Below are positions 47,615 through 57,734 of a stretch of DNA of 64,000 nt, one piece after another. Made by a program: the position numbers and the translations under genes. The stretch covers positions 273-64,272 of the forward strand of contig PFOW01000055.1 in the NCBI GenBank assembly GCA_002792735.1, in the 5' to 3' direction. The first letter of the stretch is position 1, and each line of letters opens with the position of its first letter. This DNA is from a bacterium CG_4_10_14_0_2_um_filter_33_32. Its GTDB lineage: Bacteria; Patescibacteriota; CPR2_A; CG2-30-33-46. The notes below the pieces were generated by a model. The model was given only the letters and a program-made list of their open reading frames with translations, made no database searches and had not been told where the DNA came from.

Positions 47615-48669
47615 CTAATTCGGAATATAATATCCACCTGCCCAACTCTCGTTTCCTGCCGTAATAAGAGTATTATAGTAATAATTATTTGCCCAGCCCT
47701 CAGTTACAGCCTTACTCCAGAATCTGTCTGTGTAAAAATTATCGGCAACACCTAATGGAATCATATAAGTCCAAAACGTCCATTTATATAAGTATGAATT
47801 ACCTATAGGAGGACCAGCTTCTCCAGACCAGTCTTCAGGCACTGCCTTATTCCACAAATAATACTCGTAATGATTTGCCCAAGTATATTGTTTGTTCACC
47901 TTGTCTTTGCTTTCAGTAAATATATCTTTAGGAGAAGCTGACTGCGGCCCAAATCCGGCCGGTACCATAGTTTCCCAAAAAACAGTCCTATAAGGATTCG
48001 ATGAATTAGCCATCCAGTTCTCCTGAATTGCCTTATCCCAAAGTTTTTTATAATAAAAACTATTAGCTGTAAATTCTGGGACTAAGTTATTCCAAAACTT
48101 ATTATAATAATAACTTTGAGCCGTCTGCTCAGGAACAGCTGTATTGAAAAAATATTGATAATAATGCTGATTTGCCCATAATTCCGGGATAGCTTTATTC
48201 CATAAATAATTTTTATAATGTTGCGTCCAATCGGGTAACTGAGCTGTACTTATATCTGTAAAAATTTTTACGTTTTTATCTGAAGCTGCTGCTGGCACTA
48301 AAGGAAAAAGAATAACTGATTGCCATCCCTGTTGGTACTGCCGTTGTAAAGAAATAATTATAATAGTACTGATTTGACCATAATTCCGGTACTGCCTTAT
48401 CCCAAAGCATTGAATAAACAGCATTATCGCTGGTAACAATATTTTCCCAGAACCAGGCTTGATAAGTTGGATTATTAGGCACTTCTTGATCCCACCAATA
48501 ATTCCAGCCTGTTGCGCCATATGGATTTGTTGCCGGATTAAGTTTAGCTTTTAATTCATTAGCGCTTTGAGGTGCCTGATTATTAACCTCCTTCGCGTAC
48601 ACTGGTTATATTTGAAGGAAAAAGAACACAAAAAAAAACACTAATAGCAAAAAATAGTGTTTTTCTCAT
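47615..48669 (-). pseudogene. Secreted Trp/Tyr-rich ~18-aa repeat protein, broken by at least two lesions
   Basis: GAGG then ATG 48669 MRKTLFFAISVFF signal, shift to PVYAKEV (48602 frame), second shift near 48330; repeat W(N/D)KAVPE.WAN..YY..F in both fragments. Confidence 0.7.
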
Positions 48670-48952
48670 TTCGCCTCATTAATTACTTAGTTATTAAATT
48701 ATAGCATAAAATAAAAATCAGCAATAATGAAAAAATTCTTTATAGATTTCTTTTAAAATAATTTCTGGTAGCCACAATGCGCCACTCTTTAAACAATGTC
48801 GTCAAAATGCTTGAGCAGTTAAAAAATAATAAGCAAATAATGAAGGACTGAAATTCAGGATTTATTCGAAACCTGGAAAAATTAACACTTAATACTTAAA
48901 TATTTGTAAGTATTGAACTTATCTTTGTAAATGAATCCCCTATAATAAGAAT

Positions 48953-49207
48953 ATGTGCCCTTTTTGTCCTCACAATTTTGGTTTTGGATTTGGTTCAACA
49001 ACCTTCTGGATTGGAACTATCCTTAGTATTCTTTTTTGGATTGCCCTCATTTATTTTGTTTACTGGTTAATAAGACGCGCTGGTTGGCTTCAACGGCCAG
49101 AAGAAAAAAGCAAGGATAGAGCAATACAAATTCTTAATGAAAGATTTGCAAAAGGCGAAATTGATCGAAAAGAATATGAGGAACGCAAAAAAGAGCTTTT
49201 AAAATAA
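48953..49207 (+). CDS. SHOCT-domain membrane protein
   Basis: TM then AIQILNERFAKGEIDRKEYEERK. Confidence 0.88.
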   Translation: MCPFCPHNFGFGFGSTTFWIGTILSILFWIALIYFVYWLIRRAGWLQRPEEKSKDRAIQILNERFAKGEIDRKEYEERKKELLK

Positions 49208-49282
49208 CCCTAGGGAATAAAACAAGTCTATATTTTATTTGTCTTTAACTTTTTTAGGCCTGTTTTATAATTGAATTATAAA

Positions 49283-51496
49283 ATGGAAAGCGAAATGAAT
49301 CACAAAGAACATGGTAAAAACCATAACCACTCGCAAAAGTCTAACCAGCACATGATGCCAAATGGAAAAATGATGGATAATAATAAAATGTCAGAAGAAG
49401 AACATCAACATCATCAAACACATGAAACAACAGCCCAGCAAGAACATAAACTCGACCATAAATCTAAAACAGCAGAAGAAGCAAACTCCCATGCACACTT
49501 AAACCATGGTCAACACATTAACAACTCTTCTGCTCCTTCGCACGGTAGACATACCGGACATACCGTAGAAGCTTTCAAAAAACGCTTTGTGATTTCGTTA
49601 ATTATCACTTTACCTGTTCTTATCTTAACGCCAGAAATTCAGAATTTTTTAGGCGTTAAAGATTTTATTATTTTCCCGAGTCAAAATCTTATAGCTTTTG
49701 TTTTTTCATCGATCATCTACTTTTACGGCGGTTATCCATTCCTCCATGGTCTTTATCGAGAACTAAAAGAAAAACTTCCTGGAATGATGACCCTTATTGG
49801 TGTAGCCATTACCACCGCCTATATTTATAGCACTGCTACCGTTTTTGGCCTTTCAGGCATGCCTTTCTTTTAGGAACTGGCTACCTTAATTGATATTATG
49901 CTACTTGGCCATTGGCTAGAAATGAAATCCATTCTTGGTGCCTCGAAAGCTTTAGAAGAATTAGCAAGGCTTATGCCTTCCGAAGCTCATAGAATCCAAC
50001 CTAACGGAAATATTACAGATATCCCTTTAGACCAATTAATTGTCGGAAATATGGTTTTGATCAAACCAGGAGAAAAGATCCCGACTGACGGCATTATCAT
50101 TGAAGGTAAGTCTTCAATAAACGAAGCCATGCTTACAGGAGAGTCAAAACCAGTCTTTAAAATTTCAGGAAACAAAGTTATTGGCGGTTCCATTAACAAC
50201 GAAGGCTCTTTAAAGGTTGAGGTCAAAAAAATGGGCAAAGACTCATTTTTATCCCAAGTAATAAATTTAGTACGTCAAGCTCAAGAAAGTAAATCCAAAA
50301 CCCAAGATATTTCTAATAAAGTGGCTTTTTGGCTAACAATCATTGCTCTTTCAGTTGGTGCTTTAACTTTCATAATTTGGAGTTTAATTTTAGGACAAAA
50401 TATTGCCTTTTCCTTAGAGAGAGCTGTTACTGTCATGGTTATCGCCTGCCCTCATGCTTTGGGCTTAGCTGTACCTTTAGTAGTAGCTATTTCAACTACT
50501 ATTGCGGCAAGAAACGGACTTTTAATCAGAGATAGAGTGGCTTTTGAGAATGCCCGCAATATCAACGCGATTATTTTTGACAAAACAGGTACGCTTACTC
50601 AAGGTAAGTTTGGCATTACCGATATTTTGGCCTTTAATGAAAACTTTAGTAAAGATGAGATATTAAAATATGCTGCCTCAGTTGAAACCCATTCTGAACA
50701 TCCAATCGCTAAAGGAATAACATTATCCGCAAAAGAAGTTTGGAAAGTAAAAAACTTTAAAAACATCCCGGGTGAAGGTGCCGAGAGTGTAGTGGAAAAC
50801 AAAGAAGTTAAAATTGTAAGCCCGGCTTATGCCAAAAAACAAAATTTTTCTTTTTCAGCTGATGAAATTGAAGAACTTGCTAGCCAAGGAAAAACTGTGG
50901 TTGCTTTAATAATCGAAAATAAAGTAGTTGGCGCTATTGCTCTGGCTGATATTGTAAGGCCTGAATCTAAAAAAGCCATCAAAGAACTAAAAAGCATGGG
51001 CATTAAAAGCATTATGCTAACTGGTGACAACAAACAAGTTGCTGAGTGGGTTTCCAAAGAATTGGGGTTAGATGATTATTTCGCGGAAGTTTTACCCGGG
51101 GAAAAAGCAGACAAGGTAAAAGAAGTCCAATCACGCGATATAACCGTTGCCATGACCGGCGATGGTGTAAATGATGCTCCGGCTCTAGCCCAAGCTGATG
51201 TTGGCATAGCTATTGGCTCAGGCACGGATGTGGCTGTTGAAACAGCCGATATTATTTTGGTCAGAAGTAATCCTCAAGATGTGGTGAATATCATTAAGCT
51301 TGCAAGGTCTACTTATTCTAAGATGGTTCAAAACCTAATTTGGGCTACCGGCTACAATACTTTTGCAATTCCCTTAGCTGCCGGTGTTTTATATGGTTAT
51401 GGAATTCTCTTAAGCCCGGCTTTAGGCGCGGTTTTTATGTCAGCAAGTACTATTATTGTGGCCATTAATGCCCGATTCCTTAGGCTTGGAAAATAA
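49283..51496 (+). pseudogene. copB: Copper-exporting P1B ATPase (CopB type) with in-frame TAG at 49871
   Basis: His-rich N-terminus, PGMMTLI, FF*ELATLIDIMLLGHWLEM (expected FFWEL), CPHALG, DKTGTLT, SEHP, GDGVNDAP, YN; both ORF fragments are in the same frame. Confidence 0.88.
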
Positions 51497-51593
51497 TCAG
51501 ATATAACCAATATTTATAATTCGACTCCTACTAGCAGTTCTTGTTCAAAATATAAAAAATGCCTTTGTACAGACATTTCACAATCTCACAAAT

Positions 51594-51668
51594 TGGTAGG
51601 GCTACGGGGAGTCGAACCCCGGTTGCCAGGATGAAAACCTGGTGTCCTAACCACTAGACGATAGCCCC
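51594..51668 (-). tRNA. tRNA-Glu(UUC)
   Basis: GGGGCTATCGTCTAGTGGTTAGGACACCAGGTTTTCATCCTGGCAACCGGGGTTCGACTCCCCGTAGCCCTACCA; anticodon TTC, encoded CCA. Confidence 0.96.
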
Positions 51669-51707
51669 AAAATATACCTATTTATTTTAGCAGAATAAAA
51701 TTAATTT

Positions 51708-53495
51708 TCAAGACTTAAAGAAAACATCATAATAATCAAAGACAATTCTTCTCGCAGCTTCTGCTGACCAAAGCTGAATTTTATTCATATGTCCCTCAAC
51801 AACAAATCGTCTCTCACTATATAAAACAGGAGATTCTTTATAATCCACAAAAAGTTCAGGGAAAAGATTCAAATACCCAAATGAATACACTAAACTATCA
51901 AAAAGATATTTAATAGTCTTTTTGATTAATTCATTTGTTTCTTCTGAAAAGCCTTCTTTTCTATATTGATTTTTAAACCCCATACTGCATAAACCCATTT
52001 GCTTTAACCATATTACCTCTCCATGATACTGATTATGATTGTATCCCTCATTTTTACCGACGATTAAAGGCCCGATTTTGGTATAAAAATAATCATTGCT
52101 TAATATTCTTTCTGCTAAACTTTTAATATCCTCCTCATTAGAATTGTTGAAAATTAAATCATATGCTTCATCAGTGTGATTAATCTCCAGTTTTTTATAA
52201 TTATTTTTATTTTTAAAATCATAGATAGCTAAGGCATAAGCCGGCTTTCCGTCTTTATTTTTAAACTTGAATAATTCTTTTTTATTTTGCCAATCAGAAA
52301 CAATCTTTTTCAAATCTTTATCTTTGATATGCAAATTGTCAGCAAATTGCTCAATAATACGCAAAGCAGCCGGATAAAAAACAGCATTAGTGTCATAAGG
52401 AATAATATGGCTAGAAACCCCTAGATAAGCAGCTGATGAATCTCGCCAATTGCCTGCTTTAAAATTTCTAAAATGAGGGTTTTCTTCAAATTGTATTAAA
52501 TAATTTTCTCTGGCTTGGGTAATTATAAAAGAAGCTACTCTCTTTATTTTCTTAAACAAGGTTTCATTATTCAAAAAAATATCCGGATTTTGTCCAAAGA
52601 GAAGCATATACCGAGGTTCAATATCTACCATATCTCTATCGATATTAGGCACGTGACTTAAATTACATTTATAAGCAAACTCACCAACGCATCTTTCATG
52701 CCAACCTTCCCCTTCAACAGAAACATATTTTAATGATTGTTTAGCAATATAAAATAGCGCTTCTTTGCTAAAATCATTTAATCCTAAGAAAGCAGCCTCA
52801 GTCCAATCCCTTGGAAAAACCGTACCATAATCATAGCCGGAAGTTTTTTTATATTTTAATAAATGATCAACTTCTGCTTCTGCTCTATGCAAAATTGTTC
52901 TTGCTATGTCTCCCTCTATTCCAAATTTTTCAAAAAATATTTGCTTCCTTAAAAACGGATCAGCGAAAAATTCCTGTTTAAAAAATCTGCTGTCATAAAC
53001 TTTTATTTCAAAAGGTATCACAGGTTCGCTGCTAGATAGTATGAAATAATTATCTTTTCTTTCTACTTTTACTGTTGCACTTAAACGAAGCTCGCTTCCA
53101 TAAAACTCTTTTCCGAAATGTCTTTCAAAGTTTAAACGTTTTGTACCATCAATAACACTTTCATGAAATTTATTTGGAATAAGAACATCGGGAAATGCTT
53201 CTCTAATCTCAAAAAAGGTCTTGGCTTTTTCATCTTTTTTATAAACATATGTTCTTAAAGTCCTTATATCTCCCATAACAGGATAAAAAAACTGAACCTT
53301 AGAATCATAAAAATAGCCTTTGATAAAAAGTTCATTATTTCTGTAATAAACTTTTGTTATTTCATAATCACGGCTTTCCCCATTGATCATCCCAAAATAT
53401 AAATGATCACCGGGGCCAACCACTCTAATTTGACCCATGTGATCTACATCTATATAAAACTCTTTTTCTAGCCAAAGATTAGACGATAGTCTCAT
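51708..53495 (-). CDS. Divergent (alpha/alpha)6 glycoside hydrolase-like protein
   Basis: FPRDW, NWRDS, YHGEVIW, FPELF, IQLWS parallel the motifs of 44562-46661; ATG 53495 preferred. Confidence 0.6.
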   Translation of the reverse strand: MRLSSNLWLEKEFYIDVDHMGQIRVVGPGDHLYFGMINGESRDYEITKVYYRNNELFIKGYFYDSKVQFFYPVMGDIRTLRTYVYKKDEKAKTFFEIREAFPDVLIPNKFHESVIDGTKRLNFERHFGKEFYGSELRLSATVKVERKDNYFILSSSEPVIPFEIKVYDSRFFKQEFFADPFLRKQIFFEKFGIEGDIARTILHRAEAEVDHLLKYKKTSGYDYGTVFPRDWTEAAFLGLNDFSKEALFYIAKQSLKYVSVEGEGWHERCVGEFAYKCNLSHVPNIDRDMVDIEPRYMLLFGQNPDIFLNNETLFKKIKRVASFIITQARENYLIQFEENPHFRNFKAGNWRDSSAAYLGVSSHIIPYDTNAVFYPAALRIIEQFADNLHIKDKDLKKIVSDWQNKKELFKFKNKDGKPAYALAIYDFKNKNNYKKLEINHTDEAYDLIFNNSNEEDIKSLAERILSNDYFYTKIGPLIVGKNEGYNHNQYHGEVIWLKQMGLCSMGFKNQYRKEGFSEETNELIKKTIKYLFDSLVYSFGYLNLFPELFVDYKESPVLYSERRFVVEGHMNKIQLWSAEAARRIVFDYYDVFFKS

Positions 53496-54411
53496 AAGGT
53501 TTATGAATAACCAAATTGGCTGCACCTATTAAACTTCCGTTATCGCCAAATTTGGTCCTTTTAAATTTTATACTAGGATTAAATGATCTTTTTTGAATTA
53601 TTTTAAGTACATCTTTTTTAAATAAAGGCCAGCTATTTAGAAAAAAGTTGCCATACATTACTATAACTTCTGGATCTAAAATATTTATAATATTAGATAA
53701 ACCTAAACCAAACCAAAATGATATATCTTTTAAAACAGATAGAGCTTTTTTATTGCCTTTTTGGGCTAATTTAATAATTTCTTTAGCACTAATCTGTTTT
53801 TTATATTTTTTGTAATATCTTTGTTCGGTCGATTTTGCAGAAGCAAAAGCCTCCCAACACCCAAAGTCACCCCTATTGCAAACCAACTCTTTATCATTGT
53901 CATTGATAAACATATGACCGATTTCTCCTGCTGTATAATTACTACCCCTCAATAAAAAGCCGTTTGATATAATACCGGCGCCTATACCGGTACTAACTGT
54001 TATAACAAGTCCATTTTTCTTTCCTTGCAAATTACCTACGTAAAGCTCGGCTAGAGCAGCGGAATTCAAATCATTCTCGATAAATACAGGCTTTTTAAAT
54101 TCTTTTCTAAATTCATTCAAAATATTGAAGTTTTTTGGAAAAGTAAAAGTTAACTTATTCCAGTTAACTTTACCCGTAGCTGGATTTACGCCTGGAGATG
54201 CAATAGCTATACCGATACCATCAACATCTCTATTTATATCAATAGCTAGATTGTTTGATTGAGCTCTAATACTATCTTTTATCTTTTTTATATCGACAAT
54301 ACTATGGGAATTATGAAAACTCTCCAAAGATAATATCCTGCTATCTTTATCAAAAATCGCAGTTCTTATATGTGTGCCGCCCATATCGATTGCAATGATA
54401 TATTTTTTCAT
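53479..54411 (-). CDS. ROK family sugar kinase (glucokinase-like)
   Basis: IDMGGT, ENDLNSAALAE, TGIGAG, AGEIGH, CNRGDFGCWEA. Confidence 0.9.
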   Translation of the reverse strand: MKKYIIAIDMGGTHIRTAIFDKDSRILSLESFHNSHSIVDIKKIKDSIRAQSNNLAIDINRDVDGIGIAIASPGVNPATGKVNWNKLTFTFPKNFNILNEFRKEFKKPVFIENDLNSAALAELYVGNLQGKKNGLVITVSTGIGAGIISNGFLLRGSNYTAGEIGHMFINDNDKELVCNRGDFGCWEAFASAKSTEQRYYKKYKKQISAKEIIKLAQKGNKKALSVLKDISFWFGLGLSNIINILDPEVIVMYGNFFLNSWPLFKKDVLKIIQKRSFNPSIKFKRTKFGDNGSLIGAANLVIHKPYETIV

Positions 54412-54430
54412 TTTTTACTTCTTTGTCTTA

Positions 54431-54709
54431 TTACTTTTTTGATATATTATTATTTTCTTTCAATAAATTATTTTTCCTTCTCATTCTAATAAAATAGATA
54501 ATAAAACCAAACATAGCAACACTTCCAAATCCAACCAAATAATACATCACAAATATTCCATACTCAAAAACTTTACCATAAAAATTCATATTACTACCTA
54601 GTAATATAGCAAAAAAACTAATAGCTATAATGCCAAAAATAAAAAAACCGATACTCATTATAATCAGCAATTTTTTAAATAATTCTTGAAATTTTTGCTT
54701 AGGATCCAT
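54431..54709 (-). CDS. Small 2-TM membrane protein
   Basis: Two hydrophobic helices and a basic tail. Confidence 0.6.
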   Translation of the reverse strand: MDPKQKFQELFKKLLIIMSIGFFIFGIIAISFFAILLGSNMNFYGKVFEYGIFVMYYLVGFGSVAMFGFIIYFIRMRRKNNLLKENNNISKK

Positions 54710-54720
54710 AGTTAGCTAGA

Positions 54721-55680
54721 TTATTTTTTACCTTTATTGAGAAGATTTTTCCATCTTATATCTATATCCTTCTGAATATTATCTATAGTGCTTTGAGCAT
54801 CTTTATTTGAAAGATGGGAAAACCTTTTTTGAAGTTTAAGCCAATCGCTTATTGGTTTTCTATTTTGCGGTTTATAATTTACTTTATATTTACCGTTCTC
54901 AACTTCGTATAAAGGCCAAAAATTTGTCTCTACTGCTAACCTACCCATTTCTGGTGCTAAATCCGCAGGAAAACCCCAACCAAGTTGGCATGGCATTAAA
55001 ACATTCAAAAATTTCGGACCGGAAATCTCTGAAGCTTTTTCAACTTTAGAGATTAAATCCTCCGGAAATCCAACAGATGATTGAGCAACATATGGTATGT
55101 TATGCGCTACCATTATCTCAGTCAAATCTTTTGGAAATTGCTTCTTGCCTAATATTTTTTTACCGGCCGGACTAGTTGTAGTAGCACCGCCATAAGGTGT
55201 GGCGCTGGATCTTTGAATGCCGGTATTCATATAAGCTTCATTATTATAACAAACATATAGAAAGTCATGTCCTCGTTCTGCTGCACCGGAAAGAGACTGA
55301 AGACCGATATCATAAGTCCCGCCATCTCCTGCAAATACAATAAATTTTATTTTATCTTTTTTGCTGATCTTCCCATTTTTAAGCATTGTCTTATAAGCTG
55401 CTTCAACGCCGGAAATCGTAGCTGCTGCATTTTCAAAGGCATTATGAATCCATGGAGTCTTCCAAGAAGAATAAGGAAATATAGAAGTAGCAACTTCTAA
55501 ACATCCCGTAGCGTTAGCAATTATTACCTTATATTTTGAAGCAGCCATCATGACTTGCCGTGCAACAATAGCTGCCCCGCATCCAGCACAAAGCCTATGT
55601 CCACCTATAAATAACGAATCTCTTTTTGCGTATTCTTTAAAACTGAATTTTTTTAGTTTTTTCTTTTCAATTGTTTTCAT
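54721..55680 (-). CDS. porB: Pyruvate:ferredoxin oxidoreductase beta subunit
   Basis: GHRLCAGCG, TGCLEV, AFENAAA, GDGGTYDIG, YNNEAYMNTG. Confidence 0.93.
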   Translation of the reverse strand: MKTIEKKKLKKFSFKEYAKRDSLFIGGHRLCAGCGAAIVARQVMMAASKYKVIIANATGCLEVATSIFPYSSWKTPWIHNAFENAAATISGVEAAYKTMLKNGKISKKDKIKFIVFAGDGGTYDIGLQSLSGAAERGHDFLYVCYNNEAYMNTGIQRSSATPYGGATTTSPAGKKILGKKQFPKDLTEIMVAHNIPYVAQSSVGFPEDLISKVEKASEISGPKFLNVLMPCQLGWGFPADLAPEMGRLAVETNFWPLYEVENGKYKVNYKPQNRKPISDWLKLQKRFSHLSNKDAQSTIDNIQKDIDIRWKNLLNKGKK

Positions 55681-55692
55681 TATAAATAATAT

Positions 55693-56862
55693 TTATTCCC
55701 TAACTCCTAAATAATTTATTTCATTTTCATTATTTTTTAATTGACTGAACGCTTGCTCTAATTGTTCAATTCTTGTATCCCTGCCACCCAATCCGTAAAT
55801 ATAATTTAAAACCTTTCCTCGACAATTTCCGTATAATGCGGCCTTAACTTCAGAATACACTGGTCCGCCTATGCCGGAAACCGCATCAGCTTTATCAAAA
55901 ACAGCGACGACTTTAAGATGCTTTATGGCATTCATTATTTCTTTGTCTGGAAATGGTCTAAAAAGCCTAATTCTTAAAAGACCAATTTTATAGCCTTTTT
56001 TTCTTAAGTTATCTATGGCTGTTTTAGCAGTTTCTGCTGTGGAGCCTAAAACTACAATTCCATAATCTGCATCTTTTAATTTATATTCCTCAACAAGATC
56101 ATATTTCCTACCGGATAAATTAAAAAATTCCTTTTGAACTTTTTTAAGCTCAAAATTAGCTTCTCTCATAGCCTCTATTTGCTGTCTTTTATGCTCATAA
56201 AAGAAATCTGGCAAATCAAGAGAGCCAATAGTTTTAGGATTTTCAAAATCGAAAAGAGAATATTCCGGTTTGCGCTGGCCAATAAATTTTTTTATTCTAT
56301 CATCTGAAATAGAATAAAATGCCTCCATACAGTGACTTAGAATAAAACCATCCGTAGTTACCATTGCAGGTAAGTTTACTTTTTCTGCTAGCTTAAGGGC
56401 TATAAACATAGAATCATAAGCTTCCTGAACAGTTGATGTAAAAATTTGAATCCAGCCTGTGTCTCTTGCGCCCATTGTATCTGACTGGTCGCCATGTATA
56501 TTTAACGGAGCAGATAAAGCACGATTTACTTCTGCCATCACAATGGGGAATCTTAACCCCGAAGCAATATTCAAAATCTCTTGCATCAAAACTAAACCTT
56601 GTGAAGATGTTGCAGTCATAACCCTAGCACCTGCTGCCGATGCGCCAATGCAGGCACTCATTGCTGAATGCTCACTCTCTACTGGAATAAATTCTGTTTT
56701 AACCTCTCCGTCTGCAACATATTGAGAAAAAATCTCAACAACTTGGGTTGCCGGAGTAATAGGATAGGCCGCAACAACATCAGGCTCGATTTGTTTCATT
56801 GCTAAAGCCTGAGCTTCATTGGCTGTTAATGCTTTTAAATTTTTATCTTTTATAATACTCAT
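55693..56862 (-). CDS. porA: Pyruvate:ferredoxin oxidoreductase alpha subunit
   Basis: AAYPITP, VESEHSA, ATSSQGL, NRAL, RLFRPFP, YGLGGRD. Confidence 0.93.
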   Translation of the reverse strand: MSIIKDKNLKALTANEAQALAMKQIEPDVVAAYPITPATQVVEIFSQYVADGEVKTEFIPVESEHSAMSACIGASAAGARVMTATSSQGLVLMQEILNIASGLRFPIVMAEVNRALSAPLNIHGDQSDTMGARDTGWIQIFTSTVQEAYDSMFIALKLAEKVNLPAMVTTDGFILSHCMEAFYSISDDRIKKFIGQRKPEYSLFDFENPKTIGSLDLPDFFYEHKRQQIEAMREANFELKKVQKEFFNLSGRKYDLVEEYKLKDADYGIVVLGSTAETAKTAIDNLRKKGYKIGLLRIRLFRPFPDKEIMNAIKHLKVVAVFDKADAVSGIGGPVYSEVKAALYGNCRGKVLNYIYGLGGRDTRIEQLEQAFSQLKNNENEINYLGVRE

Positions 56863-57161
56863 TATTTTATTTCTTTAACCATATCAATGGCTTTATTGGG
56901 ACATTCTTTAGCACAAATGCCACAGCCTTTGCAATGCAGATAATTAATCCCGATGATTTTGTTATTTTTTGTGATAAAGGCCGCTTCCGGACAATAGCCC
57001 CAACAAGTAAAACACTGTTTACATTTTTTAGAATTAATTACTGGCCTTTCTTGTCTCCAGTCGCCGGTTAAAAAATCTTTTGCAGAACCGCCTTCTGAAA
57101 CCCCGCCTATTTTTAATTCTTTCCAGCCTGGAATATTATTTTTTTGTTTTTTGATTGTCAT
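56862..57161 (-). CDS. porD: Pyruvate:ferredoxin oxidoreductase delta subunit
   Basis: TGDWR..RP, CKQCFTCWGYCP, CKGCGICAKECP. Confidence 0.92.
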   Translation of the reverse strand: MTIKKQKNNIPGWKELKIGGVSEGGSAKDFLTGDWRQERPVINSKKCKQCFTCWGYCPEAAFITKNNKIIGINYLHCKGCGICAKECPNKAIDMVKEIK

Positions 57162-57165
57162 ATTT

Positions 57166-57729
57166 TTAACTTAATTTATATGCTTGCTCAATTGCTTTTA
57201 AATTTTTTTTAATATATTCGGACTTTTTTCTAAATTTTATCAAAAGCCTTGTCTTTAATCCTTTTTGAAGTTCTTTAAATTCTAAATCTAAAGCTTTAAC
57301 AAGCGCTCCGAGCATTACAGTGTTTGGAATATTTTTGCCTAATATATCTAATGAAATCTTAGAGGCCGGAACAGTTATTATCTTATTGTTAACCCCTAAA
57401 TTACTTTTAATTTCCTGTACTTTTTTTTCGGTATTAATAATAATAACTCCATCTTCCTTTATACCAACAATTGTATTTGGATTTTTTAATAAAGTGGGAT
57501 CTAAAACAATAACCATATCAGGGCTTGTAACCGCAGAATAATTTCTTATGGGTTTATTTGAAATACGATTATAAGCTCTTATTGGCGCGCCTGTTCTTTC
57601 CGGACCATAATCAGGAAAGGCTTGTATATATTTTCCCAACTCAAGCATTGCTTCTGCAAAAAGAAGAGAAGCAGTCTTTGCTCCTTGTCCACCTCTTGCA
57701 TGCCATCTGATTTCAATTGTATTTTTCAT
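57166..57729 (-). CDS. porC: Pyruvate:ferredoxin oxidoreductase gamma subunit
   Basis: EIRWHARGGQGAKTA, YGPERTGAP, PNTVMLGA. Confidence 0.92.
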   Translation of the reverse strand: MKNTIEIRWHARGGQGAKTASLLFAEAMLELGKYIQAFPDYGPERTGAPIRAYNRISNKPIRNYSAVTSPDMVIVLDPTLLKNPNTIVGIKEDGVIIINTEKKVQEIKSNLGVNNKIITVPASKISLDILGKNIPNTVMLGALVKALDLEFKELQKGLKTRLLIKFRKKSEYIKKNLKAIEQAYKLS

Positions 57730-57734
57730 TAAAT

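Noticed and set aside
48766..48775. tggtagccac as an att-site copy of the tRNA-Glu 3' end
   Set aside because: Only 6 bp match and no integrase
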